Positions 1-10,824 of a stretch of DNA of 64,000 nucleotides are shown here, one piece after another. The translations under genes were made by a program, and so were the position numbers. The first letter of the stretch is position 1; every line of letters starts with the position of its first letter. The notes below the pieces were generated by a model. It did not search any database, was not told where the DNA came from, and worked only from the letters and a program-made list of their open reading frames with translations. Origin of the DNA: a virus (Duplodnaviria > Caudoviricetes); the IMG/VR virus record IMGVR_UViG_3300028888_000001; one strand, given 5' to 3'.

Positions 1-659
1 CTTTAAGACAACAACAAGATCAGCTAAATAAAAATCTAGGCTCTGTAAATTCTGATATTAAGAATCTATCTGAAAGGAGAGACAGTCTTAAGCATTCTTT
101 AGTTATGCTTAATGATTATAAGATAGAGCTGGATAAATACAATAAAGAGTACATGCTAATAGAGAAAGTTAGATATTATGCAAGCCCAAACACTGGTATT
201 CAATCTATCTTTATAGGGCTTTACATGAATAAGGCTTTGTCTTTAGCAAATGAATTATTATCTATGCTTTTCAATGGTGAATTTATATTGGAGCCATTTA
301 TAGTAAATGAAACAGAGTTTAGAATTCCATGTCGTGGTGAAGGCTTAAGCCATGATGATATAAGCTCTATGTCAACTGCACAGAAGACAGCTATAAGCAT
401 GATTATATCATTTGCTTTATTGCATCAATCATCAACTAAGTATAATATAATTTGCTTAGATGAAGCTGATGGTGGATATGATTCTTTGAATAGATCTCAG
501 TTTATTAATCTATTGGATAGATTAATGAGTATATTAAACTGTGAGCAAGCTTTTATGATTTCTCATAATAATGAGATAGATACATCTGCTTGCGATATGA
601 TTTGTTTAAAGAATACATCATCTGAGTTGATAAATGGTCATATTATATGGAAATTTTAA
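1..659 (+). CDS. SbcC/Rad50-like ABC ATPase, C-terminal part (gene starts before the window)
   Basis: Signature-like MSTAQK, Walker B ICLDEADGGYD and H-loop MISHN; coiled-coil region upstream. Confidence 0.85.
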   Translation, partial: LRQQQDQLNKNLGSVNSDIKNLSERRDSLKHSLVMLNDYKIELDKYNKEYMLIEKVRYYASPNTGIQSIFIGLYMNKALSLANELLSMLFNGEFILEPFIVNETEFRIPCRGEGLSHDDISSMSTAQKTAISMIISFALLHQSSTKYNIICLDEADGGYDSLNRSQFINLLDRLMSILNCEQAFMISHNNEIDTSACDMICLKNTSSELINGHIIWKF

Positions 660-673
660 AATAATAAATCATT

Positions 674-700
674 CCAGTGGGGTTTAACCCCCACTGGTTT
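674..700. terminator. Intrinsic terminator
   Basis: ccagtgggg-tttaa-ccccactgg stem followed by T-tract. Confidence 0.75.
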
Positions 701-750
701 TGTTTAGCATAATTTTTATTTAACTTAACAATAAGCAGGAGGATAAAATT

Positions 751-1050
751 ATGCAAACAAAGAAAATTTTAACCGCAAAAGCGGTAGATAAATTAAAAAT
801 AAAAAAAGCTGCATTGCAGCAGCAGATCTATATTTGTAGAGCCGATAAATCCAGATTAAATACGTGTTTAGATTTAGCATTCAAAAATAAAAGTTATTCA
901 CATTTATCAAAAGAAAGTCCTATTAAATTAGTTAATGAGTTATATCAAACAAATCAAAAGCTCAATAGCTTAAGAGACCAGGTTGATACTATAAATAAGA
1001 AATTATATAATAGAGAGGAAGCTATAAAATCTGCAAATTATAATACATAA
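751..1050 (+). CDS. Hypothetical coiled-coil protein
   Basis: RBS aggagg; AACT-N6-TAA motif at 722-734. Confidence 0.7.
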   Translation: MQTKKILTAKAVDKLKIKKAALQQQIYICRADKSRLNTCLDLAFKNKSYSHLSKESPIKLVNELYQTNQKLNSLRDQVDTINKKLYNREEAIKSANYNT

Positions 1051-1100
1051 TGATATGACAAAATATACCGGTAGGGATAACGCCCCTACCGGTATATAAT

Positions 1101-2063
1101 TTAAAATTTATTTATTGTAGAATCAATGCCTGAATTGTTAATAACTATTAAAGGATAAGTGGCATTTCTATGCTTATCAACAGCAACACCATTTCTAACA
1201 TTTAGATCTAGCTCATATATATCATCATTGCTAGGAACTTCTATCCCTTGAAGCGGTTGCCCTGTAGATTTATCTATACAAGCATACCATCTATTGCCTG
1301 TAGATTCATCATAATAAACCACAGTTTCAATTAATCCTTGAGATTCATATAGCATTCTCTTTCCAGCTGGATCTAATGATTGCTCCCATGAGCCTGTATT
1401 ATCAGCATAACCACCGATTACAGCTCTATCATACATTTGACCTGCACCCACCATAGTTGTGTCCATAATAGACGGTCCTAACGGTGTTGTTTGTCCTATA
1501 GGAGTAGAAATGAAAGCATTATACATATTAGCAATTCTTGTGTTATCATCCTCTTCAGATTGCTGAAGCATCTTTAGGTCTTTGATTCTTCTAATTTCCA
1601 TATTATTAATATCATTAATAGTCTTATTCTTTTCTTTAATTGCAGAAAGCTTAGCATTGATAATACCAACAGCGTTTTCTGTCATATCATTTATATAATT
1701 ATATTTATTTTTTAGAGTCTTGGAAGCTCTAATCATCTGCAAGTCGCTAAGAGTTTCAGCTCCAAGCATATCTAGTTGTCTAATAGCATCATCTAATTGC
1801 ATATTAGTCTCTGTATATGCAGTTTGATATGGTATATTTTGTTGAATATATGACATAGATGATTCTGGCTTTATTGGAGTTAAAATTTCTACAGAACCAT
1901 CATCTGATTTCTTTTTTGTTTTAGCTCTAACTGGCTTTATAGATGTACTTGTATTATCGTCTATGGTGATTAGTTTATTATTCTTTTCTTCGGCTGAACC
2001 TTTAATGAATGAATTTATATTAAATCCAATATCTTCTTCTTTCTTTTTAGCCATTTTATCCAT
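1101..2063 (-). CDS. Hypothetical late protein
   Basis: 320 aa, RBS ggagg, late-type motif at 2107-2119, terminator ~1063-1097. Confidence 0.75.
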   Translation of the reverse strand: MDKMAKKKEEDIGFNINSFIKGSAEEKNNKLITIDDNTSTSIKPVRAKTKKKSDDGSVEILTPIKPESSMSYIQQNIPYQTAYTETNMQLDDAIRQLDMLGAETLSDLQMIRASKTLKNKYNYINDMTENAVGIINAKLSAIKEKNKTINDINNMEIRRIKDLKMLQQSEEDDNTRIANMYNAFISTPIGQTTPLGPSIMDTTMVGAGQMYDRAVIGGYADNTGSWEQSLDPAGKRMLYESQGLIETVVYYDESTGNRWYACIDKSTGQPLQGIEVPSNDDIYELDLNVRNGVAVDKHRNATYPLIVINNSGIDSTINKF

Positions 2064-2402
2064 AAACCTCCTAACGATTATATATTATAAAAATGCAAGC
2101 AATTGATTATATCAATGTTTTAGGAGGTATATTAAAAAACAATACTTATACAGGTGCGGTCAGGCGCACCTGTGTATGAAAGGTTTGGGGTTGTTATATC
2201 TGGAACAGAGGAAGTTTCACTATGAAAATAACACACTTATCATGGCAAGTAATAAGTTTACATTATGCATATACCCTGACATATATTGCATTTATAATTA
2301 TGTTTCTACGATAATAGAAAAATAATATATGGAGCACATCTATATAAATTAGATGATAATAAGAAGTTTAATAATAATAAATAATGTAATATAAAGAGGT
2401 AA

Positions 2403-4334
2403 TTGAAAATGGATTTTAAACCGATATTAAAGAATGTTCCTCTTGGAGCTAATGTTACATTAGTAAATACAGTATATATAAGACCACAAAAAATAATAGA
2501 CGAACAGACTTCTAAACCAAAGTACACTGATGATTTTCTATATATTGTGTATAGGAATCTAGACACTGGAGAAAAATCACATGAGTTAATTAGATGCCCT
2601 GAATATACATATTATCTTACTAACGAGGGAGTCTCATATGGATATAATAGACTCTTTACAGATAAATCTGATGTACATCCAATAACATGTAGATTTACAG
2701 ATTTAAAACGTTCAATAGCATCAAACACAAATAATCTAGAGTGGTTTAAAGAAAATCTACAAAATGGTAATTATAGATTAAACGATAAGTTGTTACAATT
2801 ACCGTGTGTTTTCTTAGCAGATATGAATATCGAAGATCACTATAGATTCTGGTTCTCTTTACAGTATAAGAATGAACCATATACGCCAACTAAATTATAT
2901 TTCGATATTGAAGCAGATACTATAAAAATGAAAGGAGACTTTCCTGAACCTGGTGAGTGCCCTGTTAATGCGATTACATTAGTAGATGATACTAATTTCG
3001 TTGTTTATACGTTATTATTAGATAATTATAATAATGATCAAATCTATCCATTTATGGAAAGAGAGAATCTTTCTGAAGAAATAAAAGCATTTATTAGGGA
3101 GCATGTTGGTGGCTGGAAAGAAGAAATCAGATATGGACTAGATAAGTTTCAATATAAAATAGCTTTATTTGATGAGGAGATTAAACTAATAAAAATAGCT
3201 TTCGATATAATCAATAAAGTTAATGCTGATTTTACATTGGCGTGGAATATAGCATTCGACTTGCCATATTTAATACAGAGAATATATAATCTTGGATACG
3301 ATCCAGCAGAGATTATTTGTCCTAAAGACTTTGAAATTAAATATGTGCAATATTTTATAGATAGAAAAGCTGACAAGTTTGCAGAGCGTGGTGATAATGC
3401 TATTATAACTTGCGAAACTGTTTATATGGATCAGCTTATATTATTCGCATCTCGTCGTAAAGGACAACGAGATTTAGGATCTTTTAAGCTTGATTATATA
3501 GGCGGCGTTGTAGCCGATGTTGGCAAATTAGATTATTCTGATATTACTACAAATATATCTAAATTACCATATTTAGATTATCATACATTTGTGTTTTATA
3601 ATATCGCTGATACTATAGTGCAACTATGCATAGAGCATAAAATAAATGATGTTGATTTTGTATTTACAAAAGCTTTATCTGTAAACACAAGATATTCTAA
3701 AGTACATAGACAGACTACATATTTGATCAATAGAGGTATATATGATTTTTATAATATGGGTTATGTGATGGGCGCAAATGTCAATAAAGATAACCCTAAA
3801 GAAAAATTTCCTGGAGCATTTGTGGCAGACCCATTATTAGTATCAGACAAAGCAAAACTCAAAGTTAATGGAATTCCTGTAAATATAATTCCAAATGCAG
3901 ACGATTTCGATTTTAAAGCACTATACCCCTCAATTATTGATCAAAATAATATGGCTCCAAATACTATGCATGGGAAGATATTCTTACCTGAGCAAGTAGA
4001 TCCTAAAGAAGATAGGTTTAATAATGAAGATTTTGATAGAACGTCATGGTTTATCGAAGACCTTATATCTGGAGACGTAATAGATTTTTGTGTTAGATAT
4101 TTGTCTATGGCTGGATATGAGGAGTTGTATGATGACATAATAAATTATTATATGAATAAGATGAATGCATATGATGGTTTATTTGAATCTAATACGTTAA
4201 CTCATAAACGTTATATGATAGATCCTATAGTGGATAACACTAAAAAACGTCCTATGATAGAGCTAGTAGATAATTCTAAAAACCGTGAGATGATTGTCAT
4301 ACAGGAGAAAATACCTAAATGGGAGCAGAATTAA
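2403..4334 (+). CDS. Split family-B DNA polymerase, N-terminal subunit (3'-5' exonuclease plus palm motif A)
   Basis: ExoI FDIE, ExoII AWNIAFDLPY, ExoIII YNIAD, motif A DFDFKALYPSII; motifs B and C absent. Confidence 0.9.
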   Translation: MKMDFKPILKNVPLGANVTLVNTVYIRPQKIIDEQTSKPKYTDDFLYIVYRNLDTGEKSHELIRCPEYTYYLTNEGVSYGYNRLFTDKSDVHPITCRFTDLKRSIASNTNNLEWFKENLQNGNYRLNDKLLQLPCVFLADMNIEDHYRFWFSLQYKNEPYTPTKLYFDIEADTIKMKGDFPEPGECPVNAITLVDDTNFVVYTLLLDNYNNDQIYPFMERENLSEEIKAFIREHVGGWKEEIRYGLDKFQYKIALFDEEIKLIKIAFDIINKVNADFTLAWNIAFDLPYLIQRIYNLGYDPAEIICPKDFEIKYVQYFIDRKADKFAERGDNAIITCETVYMDQLILFASRRKGQRDLGSFKLDYIGGVVADVGKLDYSDITTNISKLPYLDYHTFVFYNIADTIVQLCIEHKINDVDFVFTKALSVNTRYSKVHRQTTYLINRGIYDFYNMGYVMGANVNKDNPKEKFPGAFVADPLLVSDKAKLKVNGIPVNIIPNADDFDFKALYPSIIDQNNMAPNTMHGKIFLPEQVDPKEDRFNNEDFDRTSWFIEDLISGDVIDFCVRYLSMAGYEELYDDIINYYMNKMNAYDGLFESNTLTHKRYMIDPIVDNTKKRPMIELVDNSKNREMIVIQEKIPKWEQN

Positions 4335-4942
4335 TAATACCAGTAAGCGATATATTTTATATACTAGAGATTTCTAAAGCACTTAAGCAGAGAACCATCA
4401 TGTGGTATCAAGATTATGTAATTGGAATGGATTCTGATGATTACATAATTTATTATAAAATAGATTCTACTAAGATTAATGTAAGGCCTATAGTGGGCCT
4501 TATAGTTAATCAACGTGAATTATCAGCATTTACAAAAACTATAACAACAGAGTTTGAGTTTAAGATAGATATTATAGCAATAAACTTTAGTACTCTATTA
4601 ACGACTTTAAATGGAACTCTAAAGGTTGATGTGAATACTTCATTTATAAATAATAAGATGATGTTTATCGGATTTAATAATAGATTCATTAATTCTAAAG
4701 AAGATGATATGAGTAATATTATAGATTTTATGTATAGTATGAATAAATCATCCGGAGTAAGATTGTTTAAGTACGATGATAATCATATACTGACTTTATT
4801 TGGTGGGCTATTACCATTAACCAAATCAGATAAGATTTTCTTAAGTATAATAGATGATATCAACGAAACATTCTTAGCTCGATTTAGAATTAAGAAAAAG
4901 CTAGGTGACGTAATAATAATTTTAAAATATATGAAAATTTGA
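4319..4942 (+). CDS. Hypothetical protein coupled to the polymerase gene
   Basis: Overlaps the pol stop codon, RBS aggag. Confidence 0.7.
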   Translation: MGAELIIPVSDIFYILEISKALKQRTIMWYQDYVIGMDSDDYIIYYKIDSTKINVRPIVGLIVNQRELSAFTKTITTEFEFKIDIIAINFSTLLTTLNGTLKVDVNTSFINNKMMFIGFNNRFINSKEDDMSNIIDFMYSMNKSSGVRLFKYDDNHILTLFGGLLPLTKSDKIFLSIIDDINETFLARFRIKKKLGDVIIILKYMKI

Positions 4943-4957
4943 TTTGGAGGGCTAGAA

Positions 4958-5518
4958 ATGGAACAGGAAAAAATTAATGCATTAGTAAATTCTATAAATG
5001 GTATTATTAAAGAAATAGCTTTAACAGCTAAGTCTCAAGAGTATAATATAATTCAAGTATATAATAATTCATTTCTAGCCCTACAAGCATTAAATGCTTG
5101 TATATTAAATTTATTACAAAATAATCCAAAAGATAAACAGCTTATTTTATATAAATTAGTTACAGATGATCTGATAAAAAGCTATACGCTTATAACAGAA
5201 GAGAACCAAAAAGCTAATTCTGTTGTTACATATAGAATATCTAGATATTGCGAAGAGTTTCTTAAATTTGTTTTTACGGAAAATGATAATATAAGATGGA
5301 TGATCAAATTCAGAACTCAATATTTAGATAACGTTTTATCTACATCTGATTTAATACGAAATTGTGTTAAAGAACGTAGAAAATTGAATATAAGTGATAA
5401 TGAAGATAAATATAAAACTGCGTTTATAAATATTTATCTTGATGGCGAAGATATCACTAAAGGCAATGAATTTAGAATCGAGATGGTCATGAATTATGTG
5501 ACTGACATACAACTTTAA
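4958..5518 (+). CDS. Hypothetical protein
   Basis: RBS ggaggg, 186 aa. Confidence 0.7.
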   Translation: MEQEKINALVNSINGIIKEIALTAKSQEYNIIQVYNNSFLALQALNACILNLLQNNPKDKQLILYKLVTDDLIKSYTLITEENQKANSVVTYRISRYCEEFLKFVFTENDNIRWMIKFRTQYLDNVLSTSDLIRNCVKERRKLNISDNEDKYKTAFINIYLDGEDITKGNEFRIEMVMNYVTDIQL

Positions 5519-5593
5519 ACGAGTGTATTTCTTTTTGTTTAATAAGTACCCCGAAACATGAGATTAAATTACACTCGAAAGGAGCATTAAAAT

Positions 5594-7942
5594 ATGGCTG
5601 ATGATAAGCAAATTAGATTAGGGCCAATTAAAAGGCTCGCTAATCTTATTCAGGGTAATAACGATGCTCTATATAAAACAACGTATTATTCTGATCCTAC
5701 AAATAGACAGCAGCTGCAGGCGTTGAAAACAGATATCACAAATACAATTAAAGATATTATGACCAATAGTACAGATAATACTGGACAACCAAATATCTCT
5801 AAATTGTATGAAAGATTATTGCTTGGGTTTCAAAACGATAAGAGCACTGTAGATGATTTTGAACGTATATTTAGCGATAATGATTTTGTCAATAACCTTA
5901 CGGCTTCTTACCTAGACAATAGATGGGTAAGAGCAGTAGATATGGAAATCGACGAGATACTAAAATATATGCCAAAACTACAAGAAGCTTTGGATACTAT
6001 TACAGATAACGTTCTCTCTGCAGATAGCTTCTCTAAAGACTTTTTAAATATAAAAAATACTCTTAGCAATGGTGATACTACAACAGAGCAATTTGATAAG
6101 AATGTAGAGGATCTTAAAAAAGATTATAAACTTCTTAAGTTGATAAAAGAAATATATGAGGACACCAGCAAATATGGTGAATGCTTTATATACTGTGTGC
6201 CATACGACAAAGCAATACAGAAATTGTTAAATAAGAAGTTTGACAATCGTAATGTAGTTGTTAAAACTAATTTCGGCGAGGGTACGATTATAACTGAGTC
6301 TGCAGAGATGGGAAAATCTAAAGTAGATATACCGGATGGATATCAATTAGATAATTCTGTAGACAATTTTAATATGAATATCACCATAGAATCTGGTATA
6401 ATTTCTTCTGTTGTAAATACAGAGAAAGCCGCTAGAGAAAAACTACAGAAAGTTAATGAGCAATCTATTTATCATGAAGCTATAGACAGCTATGATAATT
6501 TAGGAAGAACAGCATGGGCTTATAATAGAACAATGGATGTAGATGCTAATCTTGGTTCTAAATATCCTAAGCATACTAGATTTGATCAAACCTTAGGAGA
6601 TTCTTTAGAATTGCCAGATGATGCAAATATTTCAGCACAAGATGGATTAACAATGACAAATAAAAATGGAAAAATAAAATCCATGAATGGTGTTATTGTT
6701 AAGAAGCTTAAAAGAGACCGTGTAGTTCCAATTATTATAAATGATATTTGTCTTGGATATTACTATTTTGAATTTGATAATGATCTTCAATTATTTGATG
6801 AGAAGCAATCCTCCACTGGTATGGTAAATACTATTACTGGTTTAAGATCCAATGGAAGATCAGAAGCTTTTGATTCAATGGAGCGTCGTATGCAACTATT
6901 GAGAAGTATTGCTTCTCAGCTTGCGGATAAGATAGATAACAAATTTGTAGACAATAACCAAGATCTTAAAAAAGAAATTTATTATATTCTTAAGTATAAT
7001 GATGATTTTGCTTCAAATGCTAGTGCTTTAAATAATATTAGGGTATCATATATTCCACCGGATGATATTCATCATGTGTATTTTGATATCAATGAAGATA
7101 CCGGTAGAGGAGTATCAGATCTTATGCTTTCTCTAGTTCCGGCTAAATTATGGGTTGCTATTTATGTAACTAATTGCTTGGCTATAATGACTAGAGGCAA
7201 TGATAAGAGAGTTTATTATGTCAGACAATCTGTAGAATCTAATATAAGTAAGACTCTATTGAAGACTATAAATGAAATTAAGAAATCTAACTTTGGTATT
7301 AGACAGATTGAGAATATCAACTCTGTTCTTAATATCACTGGTAGATTTAATGACTATATTATTCCTAGAGGCGCAGATGGGCAATCTCCAATTGAATTTG
7401 AAGTTATGCAGGGTCAGCAGATAGAAATAAAAACAGAATTATTAAATCTGCTAGAAGAATCTGCAATTAATCCAACTGGCGTACCAATAGAGATAATTCA
7501 AAATAGACAATCTCCAGACTATGTTATGCAGCTTACAATGTCTAACTCTAAATTCTTAAGATTTGTATATGATAGGCAATCTCAATTCCAAGAGATCATT
7601 AGCCCATTATTAACAAAGATTTATGATTTAGAGTACGCTACCAAAGACATGGTAACGTTATTACTACCACCGCCATTATTTATCAATGTGACTAACACTA
7701 ATCAGCTTATAGTTAATACTAACGAATATTGTGATAATATAGTTAATATTATATGTGCTGATGAGCAAGATGATCAAGTTAAGAATAAATTTGCTAAAGA
7801 ATTAAAGATTTATTCTCTTGGATCATATTTAAATATGGCTAACATTATGGAGATTTATAACAAAGCTAAACAGAATGTTACAATGGATGCCATGAAGCAG
7901 AATATAAATTCTGATGACGTAGGTGGCGATGACAATTATTAA
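5594..7942 (+). CDS. Portal protein (T4 gp20-like, jumbo-phage type)
   Basis: Portal-like segments (LQEALDTITDNVLSAD, KYGECF, RGNDKRVYYV, DYIIPRG, TGVP); late-type promoter 5555-5567. Confidence 0.7.
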   Translation: MADDKQIRLGPIKRLANLIQGNNDALYKTTYYSDPTNRQQLQALKTDITNTIKDIMTNSTDNTGQPNISKLYERLLLGFQNDKSTVDDFERIFSDNDFVNNLTASYLDNRWVRAVDMEIDEILKYMPKLQEALDTITDNVLSADSFSKDFLNIKNTLSNGDTTTEQFDKNVEDLKKDYKLLKLIKEIYEDTSKYGECFIYCVPYDKAIQKLLNKKFDNRNVVVKTNFGEGTIITESAEMGKSKVDIPDGYQLDNSVDNFNMNITIESGIISSVVNTEKAAREKLQKVNEQSIYHEAIDSYDNLGRTAWAYNRTMDVDANLGSKYPKHTRFDQTLGDSLELPDDANISAQDGLTMTNKNGKIKSMNGVIVKKLKRDRVVPIIINDICLGYYYFEFDNDLQLFDEKQSSTGMVNTITGLRSNGRSEAFDSMERRMQLLRSIASQLADKIDNKFVDNNQDLKKEIYYILKYNDDFASNASALNNIRVSYIPPDDIHHVYFDINEDTGRGVSDLMLSLVPAKLWVAIYVTNCLAIMTRGNDKRVYYVRQSVESNISKTLLKTINEIKKSNFGIRQIENINSVLNITGRFNDYIIPRGADGQSPIEFEVMQGQQIEIKTELLNLLEESAINPTGVPIEIIQNRQSPDYVMQLTMSNSKFLRFVYDRQSQFQEIISPLLTKIYDLEYATKDMVTLLLPPPLFINVTNTNQLIVNTNEYCDNIVNIICADEQDDQVKNKFAKELKIYSLGSYLNMANIMEIYNKAKQNVTMDAMKQNINSDDVGGDDNY

Positions 7943-8009
7943 TAAAAATAAAATTTTCAAAATATATAGAGGGTGGATTTCTCCACCCTCTATTAAATAA
8001 TCAATTATG

Positions 8010-8690
8010 TTAAATCTTATCTTTATCTGGAAGCATCTCGTATGCTTCAATGATTTTATCGTTAATGACTAGATTAACGAATTTATCTTGTGCTGCAATC
8101 TCAAGCTTTCTCTCTTCGTTTGCTTTGATGAAGTCTTGCGGATTATCTATGTCTAGGCTATAATCAGTACCGTGATCGAATTCCCAGTATGGTGTTCGAT
8201 CTATTAACTTAGATAGAGTTTCAGCTTCAAAGATTCCAGTTTTTATAGTTTCATGAGTTCTCATAAACCACGCAAATCTCACTGCTGCTTTAAGACAACT
8301 AATTTCTGTATAACCTTTATTGGATGTCCTATCTAAAAGCTTATACCGACATTCGCCGTTCCATTTTTCTTTATTAAACTTCTTATCAAAATAATTATAT
8401 AACTGGAGAACTTGCTCTGAAAGCAGACTATTGAAAAAATCATTACATAGAACCACTATAGACTGCTTTTGTTTATAGTCGATTCTTTCATAATACTCTT
8501 GCCTATATCCAATTGTGTCGATAAACGTTATAGCGTCTCTCACTGCAGGTAGATTTTGTCTAGTATAAAACGATGGCTGGCTAATCTGGTCTATATAATC
8601 TTGCAGTTTATCAATTACGGTTATGTATTCGCTGTTGATAGATTTTAATAATGAATCGATTATAATATTGTCTTCCCATTTGTTATCCAT
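8010..8690 (-). CDS. Hypothetical early protein
   Basis: RBS aaggag; TATATATTATA at 8749-8759 (-). Confidence 0.75.
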   Translation of the reverse strand: MDNKWEDNIIIDSLLKSINSEYITVIDKLQDYIDQISQPSFYTRQNLPAVRDAITFIDTIGYRQEYYERIDYKQKQSIVVLCNDFFNSLLSEQVLQLYNYFDKKFNKEKWNGECRYKLLDRTSNKGYTEISCLKAAVRFAWFMRTHETIKTGIFEAETLSKLIDRTPYWEFDHGTDYSLDIDNPQDFIKANEERKLEIAAQDKFVNLVINDKIIEAYEMLPDKDKI

Positions 8691-8926
8691 CTTATTGCTC
8701 TCCTTTAATTTTTTATTTATATATAATGCACATGAAGTGTATCATGTTTATAATATATAAATAAAAAATTAATTACTTAAAAGCCTTCATTATTAAGCTT
8801 TATCTCCAGTTCCGCCACCATCCAATTGATTTGATATTATATACATCAATAATATAGAGCACGGATCATCACACTTTAATAATTTTTTACCAAGTCAATC
8901 TACTTGTTTCTACTTAAAGCCTGCTT

Positions 8927-10750
8927 TTAGTCATTAAGATCTGTCAGATAATCACTAGTAACAATATCAATACCGAGTGAAAACCATTCTTTGACATTGC
9001 TAGCACTATTAACAGAGTATACGCTACAAAACATGCCGGCTTTATGAATAGTATCGATCAGTTCATGCGTTATACCGGCTCCAATATATCTATCAAAATC
9101 GATACCCCAATTATCAATTTTTGAACCTTTTACGTAGTTTATTACTTTGTTTGCGTCATCGACCGAAGCGACTACTTGCATCGTTGGTGCTTTTGTTATT
9201 CTCCTAAGAGTATCAGAACGCATCGTATCGCCGATGAACATATAATCACTATCGCAAAAACCATACTCATTGAGGATCGATACTATTTCTTTTACTTGTT
9301 CAACCGATGGTCTGATCTTCCATTCGATCAATGGAACACAGTTATAGGTTTTACAAATTTGTAAGTATTCTTGAAACGTTAGAATTTTTTGATCTGATAT
9401 GACACCAGTAGTCTGATTTACGTAATACAATTCCTTGATCTGAGCGAGCGTTAACGCGCTTACGTTGCCGGTACCGTTCGTAAGAGTATCAACTGATATG
9501 TCGTGGAAGCAGACCCATTTATTATCAAAAGTCAATCTTATATCTGTTTCTATAGCCCATGCCTTATTAATTCCGGCTGTTCTGAATGATAACTCACAGT
9601 TTCCTATCGGTTGTGAATCTGATCTCATGCCTTGATGCATTGCAAATTTAATCCTGCCATTATTCCACCATGGTAATTTATTAAATAATGTTACAGATAT
9701 TTCATCTTTCAAAGCATAATCGGTTCCAGACTTGTACGGAATAAAAGGTTTTACATAATTACTCTGTCGTAGTTGAAATTTCCTTATATGCCATGTATTT
9801 CCACCTGAACCACTTGCAGCCGCAATCGACACCTTACTTATAGTTTTATTTATATTACTTGTAAGACTAATTTCAGTCCACGATGAAGCACTATTTTCGA
9901 TGTATTTCGACATCGTACTTTCGTCGGTATAATCAAAATATATTCTAAATCCATTGCCGGTTTGAGTAGTTTCTCCGTCAGTGTATCCCTCAAACGAAAT
10001 CGTCCAAACTTGATTTTCCGAAAAAATATTTTCTAATATGGTCTTAGCGGGAATCGAATTGGAAAGACCATGGTATACATAAAATCCGTCTACTAACTCT
10101 TTTGTCCATCCTCCAAAATCAAGAAGAAAATCTTCGTCGAGTACATTTCCTGTGAATTTTGTTGTCTGTTGGATCAAATCGTTTGTATTTTTTGCCATTT
10201 TTCTTGCAATTTCATCGACGTACACAAACGACGGAGTAAAAGAAGATTCAACAGTCCCCTTATTCATCATTATATTTTTAAGGTAAAAGTTGTTATTTGT
10301 AAACGATCCAGCCTGAAAATAAATGCCTATAATGGTTTTATTAGCAGTAGATGTATACACGGTATGTGTATAAACACTTGCTCCGTTACCAAGACTTGTA
10401 CGCGAAGCAGTATTATCGGAATATACAAAGCCAATATACAATCCGCTCCCTGTTGTTCCAGCAGCGCCATCGCATAAATAATCTAACGATAACGTATATC
10501 TAGTATTAATTTCTCCATTGAATTGCATTGGCGAAGCCTGCGGGAAGCCTTTTTGGGCACGTAATGCTTGCGTTTTTACAGATCCATCACTTTGGAGCAC
10601 GAAAATATTCTCATTAACTAATGTCAAAAATGGGAAAAGATTTGTATCACTTTTTTCTGTCGATATGACCATATTCCCATTATAAGTGCTCTTTAAGTCA
10701 TCAAAAGACTGTGTTAAATCTTCCTTTAAATCTTCAAAATCGTTAGAAAG
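8927..10750 (-). CDS. RBS-less cassette: two carbohydrate-binding-like beta domains plus C-terminal glycerophosphodiester phosphodiesterase (GDPD)
   Basis: AMHQG, IETDIRLTFD..VCFHD, LIEWK, IVTSD GDPD motifs. The frame stays open upstream of the ATG at 10672 through LSNDFEDLKEDL to a stop at 10787-10789; no RBS. Confidence 0.8.
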   Translation of the reverse strand, partial: LSNDFEDLKEDLTQSFDDLKSTYNGNMVISTEKSDTNLFPFLTLVNENIFVLQSDGSVKTQALRAQKGFPQASPMQFNGEINTRYTLSLDYLCDGAAGTTGSGLYIGFVYSDNTASRTSLGNGASVYTHTVYTSTANKTIIGIYFQAGSFTNNNFYLKNIMMNKGTVESSFTPSFVYVDEIARKMAKNTNDLIQQTTKFTGNVLDEDFLLDFGGWTKELVDGFYVYHGLSNSIPAKTILENIFSENQVWTISFEGYTDGETTQTGNGFRIYFDYTDESTMSKYIENSASSWTEISLTSNINKTISKVSIAAASGSGGNTWHIRKFQLRQSNYVKPFIPYKSGTDYALKDEISVTLFNKLPWWNNGRIKFAMHQGMRSDSQPIGNCELSFRTAGINKAWAIETDIRLTFDNKWVCFHDISVDTLTNGTGNVSALTLAQIKELYYVNQTTGVISDQKILTFQEYLQICKTYNCVPLIEWKIRPSVEQVKEIVSILNEYGFCDSDYMFIGDTMRSDTLRRITKAPTMQVVASVDDANKVINYVKGSKIDNWGIDFDRYIGAGITHELIDTIHKAGMFCSVYSVNSASNVKEWFSLGIDIVTSDYLTDLND

Positions 10751-10824
10751 TGAATTAGGCTTACGCCTAATTCTATTATTTTTTGATTAATGACGTATTT
10801 TTCATTTGATCTTTCTAACGATTT
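10737..10824. repeat. 14-bp perfect inverted repeat CTTTCTAACGATTT (10737-10750 / 10811-10824) flanking a 60-bp spacer with a hairpin
   Basis: Read directly; both copies encode L-S-N-D in the frames of the two divergent cassettes; spacer hairpin gaattaggc-ttac-gcctaattc at 10752-10773. Confidence 0.85.

Noticed and set aside
8770-8926. Short minus-strand frames and a near-direct repeat tacttaaa(a)gcct downstream of the GDPD cassette
   Set aside because: Too short and interrupted to call; could be a third decayed cassette but this is not supportable
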